DNA of 64,000 bases from the human T2T-CHM13v2.0 reference genome, Homo sapiens, in the NCBI RefSeq assembly GCF_009914755.1, contig NC_060931.1. One strand, written 5' to 3'. Within the stretch, counting starts at the first letter, position 1, and every line of letters starts with the position of its first letter. The notes beneath the pieces were generated by a model, which did no database searches, had not been told where the DNA came from, and worked only from the letters and a program-made list of their open reading frames with translations. Both the position numbers and the translations under genes were made by a program. Positions 1 through 64,000 of the stretch are shown piece by piece.

Positions 1-607
1 TGGCTCACACCTGTCATCCCATCATTTCAGGAGGCCAAGGTGGGTGGATCACTTGAGTCCAGGAGTTCAAGACCAGCCTGGCCAACATGGTGAAACCCCA
101 TCTCTACTAAAAATACAAAAATTAGCCGGGCATGGTGGCTGGCACCCGTAATCCCAGCTACTCAGGAGGCTGAAGTAGGAGAACCGCTTGAGCCTGGGAA
201 GCAAAGGCTGCAGTGAGCCAAGTAAAAGTTCTTTTTACTGTCTGCACCTCTGGCCCTGAATAGTCGCTGATCACCATGACAATTAAGGGTATGGGCCTTG
301 AGATGCAAAGAAAAGATTATCCTGGATTTTCTACATGGTATCAACCTAATCACAGGGGTCATTAAAAGCATAGAATCATTCTCAGCTAATGTCAGAACCC
401 AAGGGAGGTGTGGCTAGGGAAGAATGGTCTGAGAGATGCAATGTTCCTGCCTTTGATGGTAGAGGAAGAGACCATGAGCCAAGAAGTGTAGGTAACCTCT
501 AGAAGCTGAAAAAGGCAAGAAAACAGATTCTCCTCTGAAGCTTCCAGAAAGGACTGCAGCCCTACCAACACCTTGATTTTAGCCCAGTGAGACTCATGTA
601 GGACTTC

Positions 608-1932
<1,325 letters not shown>

Positions 1933-1943
1933 GACTCCTAATC

Positions 1944-2469
1944 CAGTGGTCCCCAACCTTTTTGGCACCAGGAACTTGTTTTGTGGAAGACAGTTTTTCC
2001 ACTGACTAGGAGGCAGGGAGGTTTCAGGATGGTTTAAGCACATTACATTAAACGTGCACTTTATTTCTATTATGATTACATTGTAATAGATAATGAAATA
2101 ATTATACAACTCACCATCATGTAGAATCAGTGGGAGCCCTGAGCTTGTTTTCCTGCAACTAGACAGCCCCATCTGGGGGTGATGGGAGATAGTGACAGAT
2201 CATCAGACATTAGATTCTCATAAAGAGCCCACAACCTAGATCCCGTGCATGCGCTGTTCACAATAGGGTTTACGCTCCTATGAGAATCTAATGCTGCCAC
2301 TGATCTGACAGGAGGCAAAGCTCATGTGGGAGTGTGAGCAATGGGGAGCTGCTGTAAATACAGAAGAAGCTTTGCTCACTCGACTACCACTCACCTCTTG
2401 CTGTGCGACATGGTTCGTAGCAAGCCACAGACTAGTACTGGTTTGTGGTTCAAGGTTTGGGGACCCTTC
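1944..2469 (-). mobile_element. MER1A-like hAT-Charlie non-autonomous DNA transposon
   Basis: TIRs cagtggtcccc / ggggacccttc, internal cattagattctcata / tatgagaatctaatg palindrome, degenerate 8-bp TSD tcctaatc / ttctaacc. Confidence 0.8.
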
Positions 2470-3844
2470 TTCTAACCTATAAAATTTTAAGACAATAAAT
2501 TTGTGGGGTTTTGTGCAGCAGTTTGTTACTGCAGTAAGAGAAAATCAGTACATTCCCGTATATATCTGTTGTTCTGTGCAGTCTGTCTCCTGCTCACTCA
2601 GGGTCCAAGGTTACAAAATGCTGCTTCTCCAGGTCCGTCCCCACCTTTTCTGCAGGAGGCTGAGTACCTCTCAGATACCTCCTAGATAGATCCAGGTGTC
2701 TCAAAGTATGATATGCACACACACACACACACACACGCATGCACGAGCACCCCCAGAGTCTGTGCCCCCAATGGTGGCTGCCACCAGCCTCTGCAGTAGG
2801 GGCTGCTATCTTGCTGCGGCAGGCCAGGCTGCTGTTATTCCTGCGCCCTGAGGCATGGCCTCCTGCCTGACACGATTTCTGCAGATGCCTTGAGATGCTT
2901 TAATTTATTATTATCTTCATTCTCTGGCTGCTGGAGTCCATGGGGCCTTGTAGGGGGACAATCAGAGTGACAGTCACAGTGTCCCACTCAGGACTGCCCC
3001 TTGGACCTTCCAACCAAGCAGGAACCTTAACTCTGCCTTAACTTCCTTGGGAGGAAGGACTCTGTCCTGGAGGCTCCATGGTCCTGAGGGGGCCTGCTCT
3101 CCACTCCCAACCCAGCCCTCCAGGCAGGCCTGTCTCCTGGGGCCTCTGCTGTAGGCTTTTTCCCATAAACATACACAGTCCCCAGAAAAGTGCTTGAGAT
3201 AGTGCTTGGCGCTTAGTAAACACTGCATAAGAATGCTTATTGGCCAGATGCCATGCCTATGCCTGTCACCCCAGCACTTTGGAAGGCCAAAGTGGGAGGA
3301 TTGCCTAAGCCCAGGAATTCAAGACCAGATGGTGCAACACAGTGAGACCATGTCTCTACAAAAAATTAGCCAGGCAGGGTGGCATGTGCCTGTAGTCCCA
3401 GCTATTCAGTAGGCTGAGGCGGAAGAACCACCTGAGCCTTAAGGTTTGAGGTTACAGTGAGCAACACTGCACTCCAGTCTGGGTGACAGAGGGAGATACT
3501 GTCTCTTTAAAAAAAAGAAAAAGAAAAGGCCGGGCGCCATGGCTCACGCCTGTAATCCTACCACTATGGGAGGCCTAGGCAGGCAGATTGCCTAAGCTCA
3601 GGAGTTCGAGACCAGCCTGAGCAACACAGTGAAACCCCATCTCTACTAAAATACAAAAAAAAAAAAAAAAAAAAAAAAAAGGGGCCAGGCGTAGTGCCCG
3701 AGCATTTTGGGAGGCCGAGCCAGGTGGATCACCTGAGGTCAGGAGTTTGAGACAAACCTGAACAACATAGTGAAACCTTGTCTCTACTGAAAATGCAAAA
3801 ATTAGCTGGGCGTGGTGGCACTTGCCTGTAATCCCAGCTACTCA

Positions 3845-3979
<135 letters not shown>

Positions 3980-4066
3980 CAGTGGCTCACGCCTGTAATC
4001 ACAGCACTTTGGGAGGCCAAAGTGGGCGGATCACCTGAGGTCAGGAGTTCGACACCAGCCTTGCTA

Positions 4067-4252
<186 letters not shown>

Positions 4253-4426
4253 TCAAAAAAAAAAAAAGTGCTTATTAATAAATCCCGGCCGGACACAGTG
4301 GCTCACACCTGTAATCCCAGCACTTTGGGAGCCCAGGGCGAGCAGATCACCAGAGGTCAGGAGTTTGAGACCAACCTGGCCAACATGGTGAAACCCCATC
4401 TCTGCTAAAAATACAAAAAATAGTCA

Positions 4427-4603
<177 letters not shown>

Positions 4604-4628
4604 TTATATTTTAGTCTAGTATAATTTC

Positions 4629-5382
4629 TGTAGCACAGGGATTAAGAAAACAAGTCCTGGCCAGGTGGGTGGCTCACACGTGTAATCCCAGCACTGTGGG
4701 AGGCCAGGGCGGGCAGGTCACCTGAGGTCAGGAGTTCAAGACCAGCCTGGCCAACATGGTGACATCCCGTGTCTACCAAAAATACAAACATTAGCTGGGC
4801 GTGGGGGTAGGAGTCTGTAATCCCAGCTACACAGGAAGCTGAGGTACGAAAATTCCTTGAACCTGGGAAACAGAGGCTGCAGTGAGTTGAGATCACACCA
4901 CTGCACTCCAGCCTGGGTGACAGAGCGAAACTCTGTCTCCAAAAAAAGAAAAAAAAAGAAAAGAAAAAAGAAATAAATAAACAAAAAGAAATTGACACTT
5001 TCGGTCATAAAGCTTGAAACTTACATTTTATTTTACCTGAGTTCCTTCCTCAGGAAAGGATCCCCAGGCCTCTCAAAGTTTATCAAAGAACTGAAACTCA
5101 CCAGGTCATGGCATCCTGACAATGAGACTCCGGACCCCTCATTCATCATGATTGCTTCCTTACCCCTCCTGAGTTCCTGTATTCCCACACATAGTTGCAT
5201 TTCTTCCCTGCTGTATAAACCCCTAATTTTAGTAGTCAGGGAGATGGATTTGAGACTGATCTCCCATCTCCTCAGCTGCAGCACCCAATTAAAATCTTCC
5301 TTGGCAATAATCACTGTCTCAATGATTGGCTTTCTGTGCGGCCAACAGCTGGAGCTAGGCTGAACTCTACTGCTTTGGTAAC
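4629..5382 (+). mobile_element. Solo ERV LTR (LTR47-like) with an Alu inserted near its 5' end
   Basis: TG...CA termini, internal TATA-like tataaa and attaaa. Family name recalled from consensus and uncertain. Confidence 0.55.
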
Positions 5383-5656
5383 ACTAAAAGAATGAAATGT
5401 GATCATACACACACAGTGGTTCTAAAACATGTCTGCTAATTTCTTTTTTTTGAGACGGAGTCTCTCTCTGTCACCCAGGCTGGAGTGCAGTGGTGTGATC
5501 TTGGCTCGCCACAACCTCCACCTCTTGGGGTTGAAGCGATTCTCCTGCCTCAGTCTCCCGACTGGCTGGGATTACAGGCGCCCACCACCAAGCCCAGCTA
5601 ATTTTTGTATTTTTAGTAGAGACAGGGGTTTCACCATGTTGCTCAGGCTGGTCTCA

Positions 5657-6935
<1,279 letters not shown>

Positions 6936-7399
6936 ACATATAGTACTTTGCACATAAAAAACATTGAAAACATAGCAGTCCTGGCCAGGCACGGTCGCTC
7001 ACTTCTGTAATCCCGGCACTTTGGGAGGGCGAGGCGGTGGGATCACCTGAGGTCAGGAGTTCGAGACCAGCCTAGCCACCATGGTGAAGCCCCGTCTCTA
7101 CTAAAAATAAAAAAATTAGCCAGGTGTAGTGGTGTACACTGGTGTAATCCCAGCTACTCAGGAGGCTGAGGGTAGAGAATTGCTTGAACCTGGGAGATGG
7201 AGGTTTCAATAAGCCAAGATTGTGCCACTGCACTCCAGCCTGGGCAACAGACTGAGACTCCATCTCGAAAACAAAAACATAGCAGTCCTAACTGTTATTA
7301 TTTCAAACCAGTTTTATCTTGACCCACTAGGACCTTATGTATTAATCATAGCAACTATTATTTATTGAACACTTAGTATAAAACAGACATAGCACATAT

Positions 7400-11929
<4,530 letters not shown>

Positions 11930-12489
11930 TGACCTTGTGATCCGCCCGCCTCAGCCTCCCAAAGTGCTGGGATTACAGGCATGAGCCACCACGCCCGGCC
12001 TACAATAGCATTTCTATTTTTTATTTTCTTTCTTTCTTTTCTTTTTTAATAGAGACAGAGTCTCACTTATTGTCCGGGCTGGTCTCAAACTCCTGGCCTC
12101 AAGTGATCCTCCTGCCTCAGCTTCTCAAAGTGTTGGGATTACAGGCGTGAGCCACTGCCACCTGGCCATCATTTCTATACAATAACAATCATTTATTAAA
12201 ATATTATGAGGCCGGGCGCTGTGGCTCACGCCTGTAATCCCAGCACTTTGGGAGGCCGAGGTGGGCGGATCACGAGGTCAGGAGATCGAGACCATCCTGG
12301 CTAACATGGTGAAACCCCATCTCTACTAAAAATACAAAAAATTAGCAGGGCGAGGTGGCAGGCGCCTGTAGTCCTAGCTACTCGGGAGGCTGAGGCAGGA
12401 GAATGGCGTGAACCCCGGGGGGTGGAGCCTGCAGTGAGCTGAGACCGCGCCACTGCACTCCAGCCTGGGCGACAGCGAGACTCTGTCTC

Positions 12490-12521
<32 letters not shown>

Positions 12522-12556
12522 TACACATATATGTATATATTATGAAAATAAGTCTA

Positions 12557-12688
<132 letters not shown>

Positions 12689-12727
12689 CTAACCATGGTG
12701 GTGCACACCTGTAATCCCAGCTACTCA

Positions 12728-21322
<8,595 letters not shown>

Positions 21323-21430
21323 TAGCCAGGGTGGCCTTGATCTCCTGACCTAGTGATCTGCCTACCTCAGCCTCCCAAAGTGCTGGGATTACAGGCAGGA
21401 GCCACCGTGCCCGGCCTTTTTTTTTTTTAA

Positions 21431-23429
<1,999 letters not shown>

Positions 23430-23608
23430 CTAATTTTTGTGTTTTTAGTAGAGACTTAGTTTCACCATGTTGGCCAGGCTGGTCTCAATCTCCTGACCTC
23501 AGGTGATCCGTTCACCTCAGCCTCCCAAAGTGCTGGGATTACAGGCGTGAGCCACTTCGCCCTGCCCTCCTATGAGTCTTTAATGCCAAGGATGCTTTGT
23601 CAAGATAA

Positions 23609-24000
<392 letters not shown>

Positions 24001-25192
24001 TGACAATCTCTCTTCTGTCTTGTGGACAGCCAGACTGACTGTCCTCTTCTACCTGGGTGCCTGTGTACATGTCCTCTAACCCCTAACCCTAACCCTTTGC
24101 AGCTTCTGTTTCTTTTCTTTTCTTTTTCTTTTTTTTTTTTTTTGAGATGGAGTTTCACTCTTGCTGCCCAGGCTAGAGTGCAATGGCACGATTTCGGCTC
24201 ACCGCAACCTCCGCCTCCCGATTCAAGCGATCTCCTGCCTCAGCCTCCCGAGTAGCTAGGATTACAGGCATGCACCACTATGCCCAGCTAATTTTGTACT
24301 TTTAGTAGAGATGGGCTTTCTCTATGTTGGTCAGGCTGGTCTCAAACTCCCGACCTCAGGTGATCTGCCTGCCTCGGCCTCCCAAAGTGTTGAGATTACA
24401 GGTGTGAGCCACGGATCCCAGCCAGCTTCTCTTTCTTTATCTATAAATAGAACTGTCGTGAAGATGCAATGAGATGAATTTTAGCTCAGAGCCTGCCACC
24501 TGGTGACTTACCCATGTTAGGTATTGTGGTTACAGCTCTGCTGTCAAACCACTTCTCCAACTCTCTTTCTAGCCTCAGTTCATTTGTCAAAGGGTTTGGC
24601 CCCAGTATTTTGCTGGATATTCAGAAGTACGACCTCACGTCTGCAGAATGCCACTGACTTTCACACGAGGCCTCCCAGGAAGGGATGCCAGGCCTCAGAC
24701 ACTAGCTGTTGGATCTCGGGACTTGCCACTCCACTTTGGCATTTTTCAGGACCACACGGCATACAGTTGATCTAACAGTCTTTCCTGTCCTCCCAGTGGT
24801 CAGCTGCAGCCCAGTTCTAGGGCTTCTGTGGGAGAAGACAGGAGAGGGCTGGGAGTCAGGGCACACAGATGTGTCAGATGAGGCTTTGCTTGCAAGGAGC
24901 TCACCACTTGGGTGGTGGAGAAGGCCCAGAAGGCACTACTACAGTGCTCCCAAATCAGGAAAAGATTGCTAAATGCCCGTATACTCAGGATCACATGGGA
25001 GCCCAGAGTTGGATGCCTGGATCAGCTGGGAGTCTACCTGACATTGATGATGTTTGGCTAGAATACTGATGGACAAGGCCAGGCGCGGTGGCTCACGCCT
25101 GTAATCCCAGCACTTTCAGAGGCCAAGGCGGGTGGATCACGAGGTCAGGAGATTGAGACCATCCTGGCTAACACGATGAAACCCCATCTCTA

Positions 25193-25513
<321 letters not shown>

Positions 25514-25658
25514 CTAAACACCTTCAAATCACAAAACATTCCAGCCACTGGTCTCTTCTTCTCCCTCCATTCCATCCTCAATACTATAGCTAGATTTATC
25601 TTCCTTCCTTCCTTTCTTTCTTTTTTAACATGGGGTTTCAGCCGGGCGCAGTGGCTCA

Positions 25659-26081
<423 letters not shown>

Positions 26082-26412
26082 CTACCTTTTGTTATAGTTA
26101 CAGCCACTTGGATGATTTCCTGTTCTTAAAGCAGGCCAGTCACATTTTTTGTCCAGACTTCTCCCTCTGCCTGGAATGTTCTCCCCTTCTTCCCTGGGCA
26201 AATTCCCCCCATCTTCCAAGACCCAATGCAGAAGACAGGTTCATTAGAAGCCCCTTCAGGGTACTTCCAGTGCCTAGAATCCAGCCTGACATTTTGGTTG
26301 AATAATTAATTAATCAGATCAAGGACCTCTTCCCTGAGTACCCAACATAGCCCCCCTCCCCAACGCCTGTGCTCCCTGCACACCTCCTCCATGCTATGTT
26401 GGAACTTCTTGA

Positions 26413-27099
<687 letters not shown>

Positions 27100-27875
27100 T
27101 GAGCCACCGCGCCCGGCCTCCGGCCGCGTTTCTTTTCTTTTTTAGAGGAGTCAGGCTGGAGTGCCGTGGCACAATAGCTCACTGCAGCTTCGAACTCCTG
27201 GGCTCAAGTGCTCCTCCCGCCTCAGCCTCCTGAGTAGCTAGGACTGCAGGCGTGCACCACCACGCCCGGCTTTTTTTTTATTATTATTAATTTTTTTGTA
27301 GAGACGGGATCTTGTTGTATTGCCCAGGCTGGTCTCCAACTCGTAGCCTCAAGCGATCCTCCCACCTCGGCCTCCCAAAGTGCTGGGATTACAGCTGTGA
27401 GCCACCGCGCCTGGCACAGGCTTCATTTCTGATGGTCCTTCCTTTTTCCTTGATGCCTTTCTCTGTACCTGGCACATAGAGGTGCCTGGTACGTGTTTGT
27501 TGAATGAATGAATGAATGAGTGAATGAGCGAACATGCCATTTCACCTTATATATCTTGTGAACCTGCCAGGCCCGGGCCTGATGTCATAGCCTCTACCCC
27601 TGGCCCGAGTCTCCAGTCCCCTGCGTGTCTGCTGACCACAGCACGAACGCCAGCGCACTACCCTCCTCAACCCCAGCCCAGGCCCCTTCCCCGTCGGGGT
27701 CCCCCCAACCCTTTCCCCGCCCGCTTCCCCGCCCCGGGGCCGCTTAGCCTCCAGCTCAGCGGGAGGTATCCCCGCCCACGGCCAGGATTGGAGGATGGAG
27801 GCAACGCCCACCCCGCCGGGCGGCCTCCTATTGGCGCGGCCGTCGCCAGGGGTGGGGACAGGACCGGCGGCTGCT

Positions 27876-27943
27876 GACGCCATCCCGGCCAGAAAAGCCC
27901 TGGCCAGTGGCGGGCGCGACACTATCCGTGCGGCCAGGCGGAG
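27876..27943 (+). other. ASL: ASL non-coding exon 1 (5' end approximate)
   Basis: Strong donor GAG|GTGAGT at 27943/27944 inside the CpG island, upstream of the acceptor at 28125. Confidence 0.75.
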
Positions 27944-28168
27944 GTGAGTGCGCGGCGGCCGGATGGGCGGGACGGGCGTGGAGGACGCCGAGCACCGTGG
28001 CGCGCGCTCACGTCCGCGTCCCCAAGGGCTGCGCTCCCTCAAGCGCAGTGCCCAGAACTCGGAGCCAGCCCGGCCCGGGGGACCCTGCTGGCCAAGGAGG
28101 TCGTCAGTCCGGTCTTGTCTTCCAGACCCGGAGGACCGAAGCTTCCGGACGACGAGGAACCGCCCAAC

Positions 28169-45001
<16,833 letters not shown>

Positions 45002-45022
45002 GTCCTCCCACACCTGCCCCCT

Positions 45023-45028
45023 AATAAA
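45023..45028 (+). terminator. ASL: ASL proximal polyadenylation signal AATAAA
   Basis: AATAAA 21 nt after the stop, with a GU-rich downstream element at about 45050-45058. Confidence 0.85.
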
Positions 45029-45960
45029 GTGGGCGCGAGAGGAGGCTGCTGTGTGTTTCCTGCCCCAGCCTGGCTCCCTCGTTGCTGGGCTTTCGGGGCT
45101 GGCCAGTGGGGACAGTCAGGGACTGGAGAGGCAGGGCAGGGTGGCCTGTAATCCCAGCACTTTGGAAGGGCAAGGTGCGAGGATGCTTGAGGCCAGGAGT
45201 TTGACACAGCCTGGGCAACACAGGGAGACCCCCATCTCTACTCAATAATAAAACAAATAGCCTGGCGTGGTGGCCCATGCATATAGTCCCAGCTACTTGT
45301 AAGGCTGAGGTGAGAGGACACTTGTGCCCAGGAGTGGAGGCTGCAGTGAGCTATGATCACGCCACTGCATTCCAGCCTGGATAACAGAGTGAGAACCTAT
45401 CTCTAAAAATAAATAAATAAACGAAAAATAAATGGAAGCGGAGAAAACTGGGCAAGGGCAATGAGAGTCGTAGACGGGAAGGGAAGAGGGGGCTCCCATC
45501 ATAGCCTCTGCTCTGTCCAGGCCCCATCCCCTTCAGACAGGGTATCACAGTGACCTCCTAGGCCAGGAGCGATGGCTCACGCCTGTAATCCTAGCATTTT
45601 GGGAGGCCTGGGCAACAGGAAGACTCCAACTACCATATTAAAAAAAACATGAATGAAAGCAAAAACAAAACAACTAGCCAAACTGGGCGCGGTGGCTCAC
45701 ACCTGTAATCCCAGCACTGTAGGAGGCTGAGGCTGGTGGATCACTTGAGACCAGGAGTTCAAGACCAGCCTGGCCAACATAGTGGAACCCCATCTCTAAT
45801 AAAAATACAAAAATTAGCCGGGCGTGGTGGCGCATGCCCATAATCCCAGCTATTCGGGAGGCTGAGGCAGGAGAATTGCTTGAACCCAGGAGACAGGTTG
45901 CAGCAAGCCAAGACTGCATTACTGCACTCCAGCCTGGGCCACAGAGCAAGACTCTGTCTA

Positions 45961-46627
<667 letters not shown>

Positions 46628-47978
46628 TCACAGATAAAATCTTCCAGAGCAGTTGTTCTCAGACTGTCATTCCTGGCCATCATAATTTTCACCAAGGAGC
46701 TTAGAAATGCAAACTTTCTGGCTGGGCACAGTGGCTTATGCCTGTAATCCCAGCACTTTGGGAGGCCAAGGCGGGCAGATCACCTGAGGTCAGGAGTTCA
46801 AGACCAACCTGGTCAACAGGGTGAAACCCCATCTCTACCAAAAATACAAAAATTAGCCAGGCGTGGTGGGGAATGCCTGTAATCCCAGCTACTCAGGAGG
46901 CTGAGGCAGGAGAATCACTTGAATCTAGGAGGGGGAGGTTGCAGTGAGCCGAGATCACGACACTGGCTCCAGCCTGGGTGACAGAGCAAGACTCTGTTTC
47001 AAAAAACAACAAAAATAACACAGTGACCTAAGAAAAAAAAGAAAAGAAAAAAGCGTGGCATGATGGTGTGCACCTGTAATCCCAGCTACTCAGGAGGCTG
47101 AGCCAGGATTGTTTGAGGCTAGGAGTTCAAGACCAACCTTGGCAACATTGTGAGACTCTGTCTCATTGGGGGAAAAAAAATGACCTCCTGCCTTGGGTGT
47201 CATTGGCAGGACTGGTGGGACCTGATGGGTATGGGTGGCCCCGTCAGTCACTGTCCATCTCCCTTCTTTCCCAGCGTCCCCTGGGCTCCCCCTGCCCTCA
47301 TTCACCCCTTGCTGAACCTACCCTTTCCTGGACCATTCAGGCACCATCACGGGTATTGCTCAGGCTGAGGCCTGTACCAGCACCGCAAGGGTGACCTGTG
47401 ACCTCCTAAGGGGCATGGTGTATGGAGTGGTAAGGTCAGCCATCCAGCTAGTATGTGATGCCAGCCACTGGGTTAGCTTCCTGCAAAACAGACACCTCCT
47501 CTACCCTAGAGAGTGATGTACAGATAAATTCCCCCACATTGACCTTGAGGGGAGGGTGACTGGGATGCAGGGCCTGGAGGGGACCTGCACCTTGCTGCAG
47601 TCAAGGGAGGCATGGCTACACCAAGCCTGCAGAGAGCCCTGAGGCCAGGCCAGGCACACGGCAAGTGTTCAGTAGAGAGCCCGTGGTGACACAGAGACCT
47701 CTTCTATGCAAATCTCACCAAACTCCTGATAAGAGATGTCTGAAATTAGAGGCCAAGTACGGTGGTTTATGCATGTAATCCCGACAGTTTGGGAGGCCAA
47801 GGTGGGAGGACTGCTTGAAGCCAGGAGTTCAGTTCAATACCAGCCTGGGCAACATAGCAAGATCCCAGCTACCACATTAAAAAAAAAAAAAAAAAAACAG
47901 GCCGGGTGCGGTGGCTCACGCCTGTAATCCCAGCACTTTAGGAGGCCAAGGCAGGTGGATCACAAGGTCAGGACTTCA

Positions 47979-48331
<353 letters not shown>

Positions 48332-48904
48332 TCACCTCAAAAAAAAAAAATAAACCAAGCCAAGCCAGGCACAGTGGCTCACACCTGTAATCCCAGCACG
48401 GTGGGAGGCCGAGGCCAGTGGATCACTTGATGCCAGGAGTTCGAGACGAGCCTGGCCAACATATTGGAACCCCATCTCTAATAAAAATACAAAAATTAGC
48501 CGGGCGCAGTGGTGCACGCCTGTAGTCCCAGCCACTCAAGAGGCTGAGGCACGAGAATTGCGTGAACCTGGGAGGTGGAGGTTGCAGTCAGCTGAGACCA
48601 TGCCACTGCACTCCAGCCTAGGTGATAGAGTGAGAGTCCTTCTCAAAAAAAAAAAAGAAAAGAAAAGAAAAAAACAGCCAAACTTTTTAAATAATTTCAT
48701 TTTATTTTTAAAAAATCGAGATGGGCTCTATGTTTCCCAGGCTAGTCTCAAACTCCTGAGCTCAAGCCTTCCACCTGCCTCACCCTCCCAAAGTGCTGGG
48801 ATTACAGGCATGAGCCACCACACCCGGCCTACCATGAATTTAATGGCTCAACATGTGTAATCTGATAATTCTGGACATCACAAGTCTGAAATTGGTTTTA
48901 CTGA

Positions 48905-49639
<735 letters not shown>

Positions 49640-49703
49640 TGATCCACCCGCCTCAGCTTCCCAAAGTGCTGGGATTACAGGCATGAGCCTCCGCGCCCAG
49701 CTG

Positions 49704-49742
49704 TGCCATTACTTTCAATGGCAAAACCGGCAATTACTTTTG
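49704..49742. mobile_element. MADE1 (Hsmar1 MITE) remnant with an AluY inserted in it
   Basis: tgccattactttcaatggcaaaaccggcaattacttttg; the TSD tgccattacttt also occurs at 49387. Confidence 0.7.
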
Positions 49743-49749
49743 GACGGAT

Positions 49750-53696
<3,947 letters not shown>

Positions 53697-54184
53697 AAAA
53701 AAAAAAAAATGAGGCCAGGCACAGTGGCTCACACCTGTCATCCCAGCACTCTGGGAGGCCAAGGTGGGTGGGTAGCCTGAGATCAGGAGTTCGAGACCAG
53801 CCTGGCCAAACATGGTGAAACCCCATTTCTACTAAAAATTCAAAAATTAGAAGGGCATGTTGGTGCATGCCTGTAGTCCCAGCTACTCTGGAGGGTGAGG
53901 CAGGAGGATCTGTTGAGCCCCAGAGTTTGAGGCTTCATTGAGAGTTCTCATCATGTCACTGTACTCCAGCATAGCTGACAGAGTGAGACCCTACCTAAGA
54001 AAAAACTTATAAAATGGTGTATTAAGCCTGGGCTCGGTGGCTCATGCCTCTAATCCCAGTACTTTGGGAGGCCAAGGCGGGCGGATCACGAGGTCAGGAG
54101 TTCAAGACCAGCCTTGCCAACATGGTGAAACACTGTCTCTACTAAAAATAGAAAAATTAGCCAGGCATGGTGGTGCACGCCTGT

Positions 54185-62881
<8,697 letters not shown>

Positions 62882-64000
62882 CCGCACCTGGCCTACCGGG
62901 TATCATTCGAACACCCAGCTAACTCCCTACTCTAAGTCACACCTGAGCCATTTTATCATGGGGGCTGTCAGAGGCACTGCTGTTTTTCACTGAAGCCCAT
63001 ACCCAATCCCTCGGCCTCGTGTGCTTTTCCCTCACCCACTTCAAAGGCCCGTGGCTTTGGGACGCCTCTCCACCTCATTAGTCATTCCCTCCCCTGCCCA
63101 TCGCGTCGAAACACAATGCATTGTGGTTATTTATGTCCAGAGCTGGTTCCTCAACTAGGCTGTCAGCTAGCCAGTGCAGAGGGTGTGTGTTAGTCACATT
63201 TGTATCATCAGCCCCCGATGGGCCATGGCTACATACTTGTTGAGTGAATAACACAAGGGGCATCTTTAGCATTTCTTTGTGGGGCCCAATCTCCTCAGCG
63301 AAGGTACAGGGAATTCTCCACACTAACTAGGCCAGCTGGGTCTGGGTGGCATTTTATGACTTTTTTGTTGTCGTTATTTTGCGATGGAGTCTTGCTCTGT
63401 CACCCAGGCTGGAGTGCAGTGGCGTGATCTGCAACCTCCGCCTCCCAGATTCAGACGATGCTCCTGCCTCAGCCTCCTGAGTAGCTACGATTACAGGCAC
63501 GAGCCATCAAGCTGGTTAATTTCTATTTTTTTGGTAAAGATGAGGTTTCACCATGTTGCCCATGCTGGTCTCAAACTGGGCTCAAGCGATCCACCTGCCT
63601 TCATCTTCCAAAGTGCTGGGATTACAGGTGTGGACCACCACACTCAGCAGAGTAAAAAATGTTTAACAGCTTTATTAATATAGGATTAATATGCTGTACA
63701 ATATGCCATTTAAAGTATACAACTCAGTGTCTTCAGTATATTCACAGGGTTGTGCAACCACCACCACCATCTATAATAATTTTAGACAATTTCTGTTTCC
63801 CAAAGAGAAACTCCCTACTTATTAGCAATCACTTCCCATCCTTGCCCCCAACCTAGCCTTCTGTCTGTATCCATAGATTGGCCTCTTCTTGGACATTCTA
63901 TATAAAGTGAATCATACCATATGTATTCTTTTTTTTTTTTTTCTAGAAGGAGTCTCATTCTGTCACCCAGGCTGGAGTGCAGTGGCGTGATCTCGGCTCA

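Noticed and set aside
24076-24096. About three CCCTAA telomere-like units
   Set aside because: Too short and imperfect to call an interstitial telomeric insertion.

Overview
Primate (human-like), extremely Alu-rich DNA. It carries the complete argininosuccinate lyase gene ASL on the + strand: a CpG-island promoter, 17 exons, a 1395-nt CDS (464 aa), one GC-AG intron and a poly(A) signal 21 nt after the stop. A GOLGA7 processed pseudogene sits upstream on the - strand, inserted into an Alu. Two structures are not explained by ordinary annotation. (1) A diverged inverted duplication: about 1-11.7 kb is mirrored at about 54.2-62.9 kb, bracketing ASL. It may be the footprint of an evolutionary inversion of ASL and carries several later rearrangement scars. 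(2) A ~1.9-kb array downstream of ASL of ~19 Alu 5'-head units joined by GGA spacers, with a ~680-bp nearly pure purine core. There is also a small intragenic duplication between ASL introns 6 and 10. Repeat-family names were recognised by eye and repeat boundaries are approximate. No prokaryote-type system is present.
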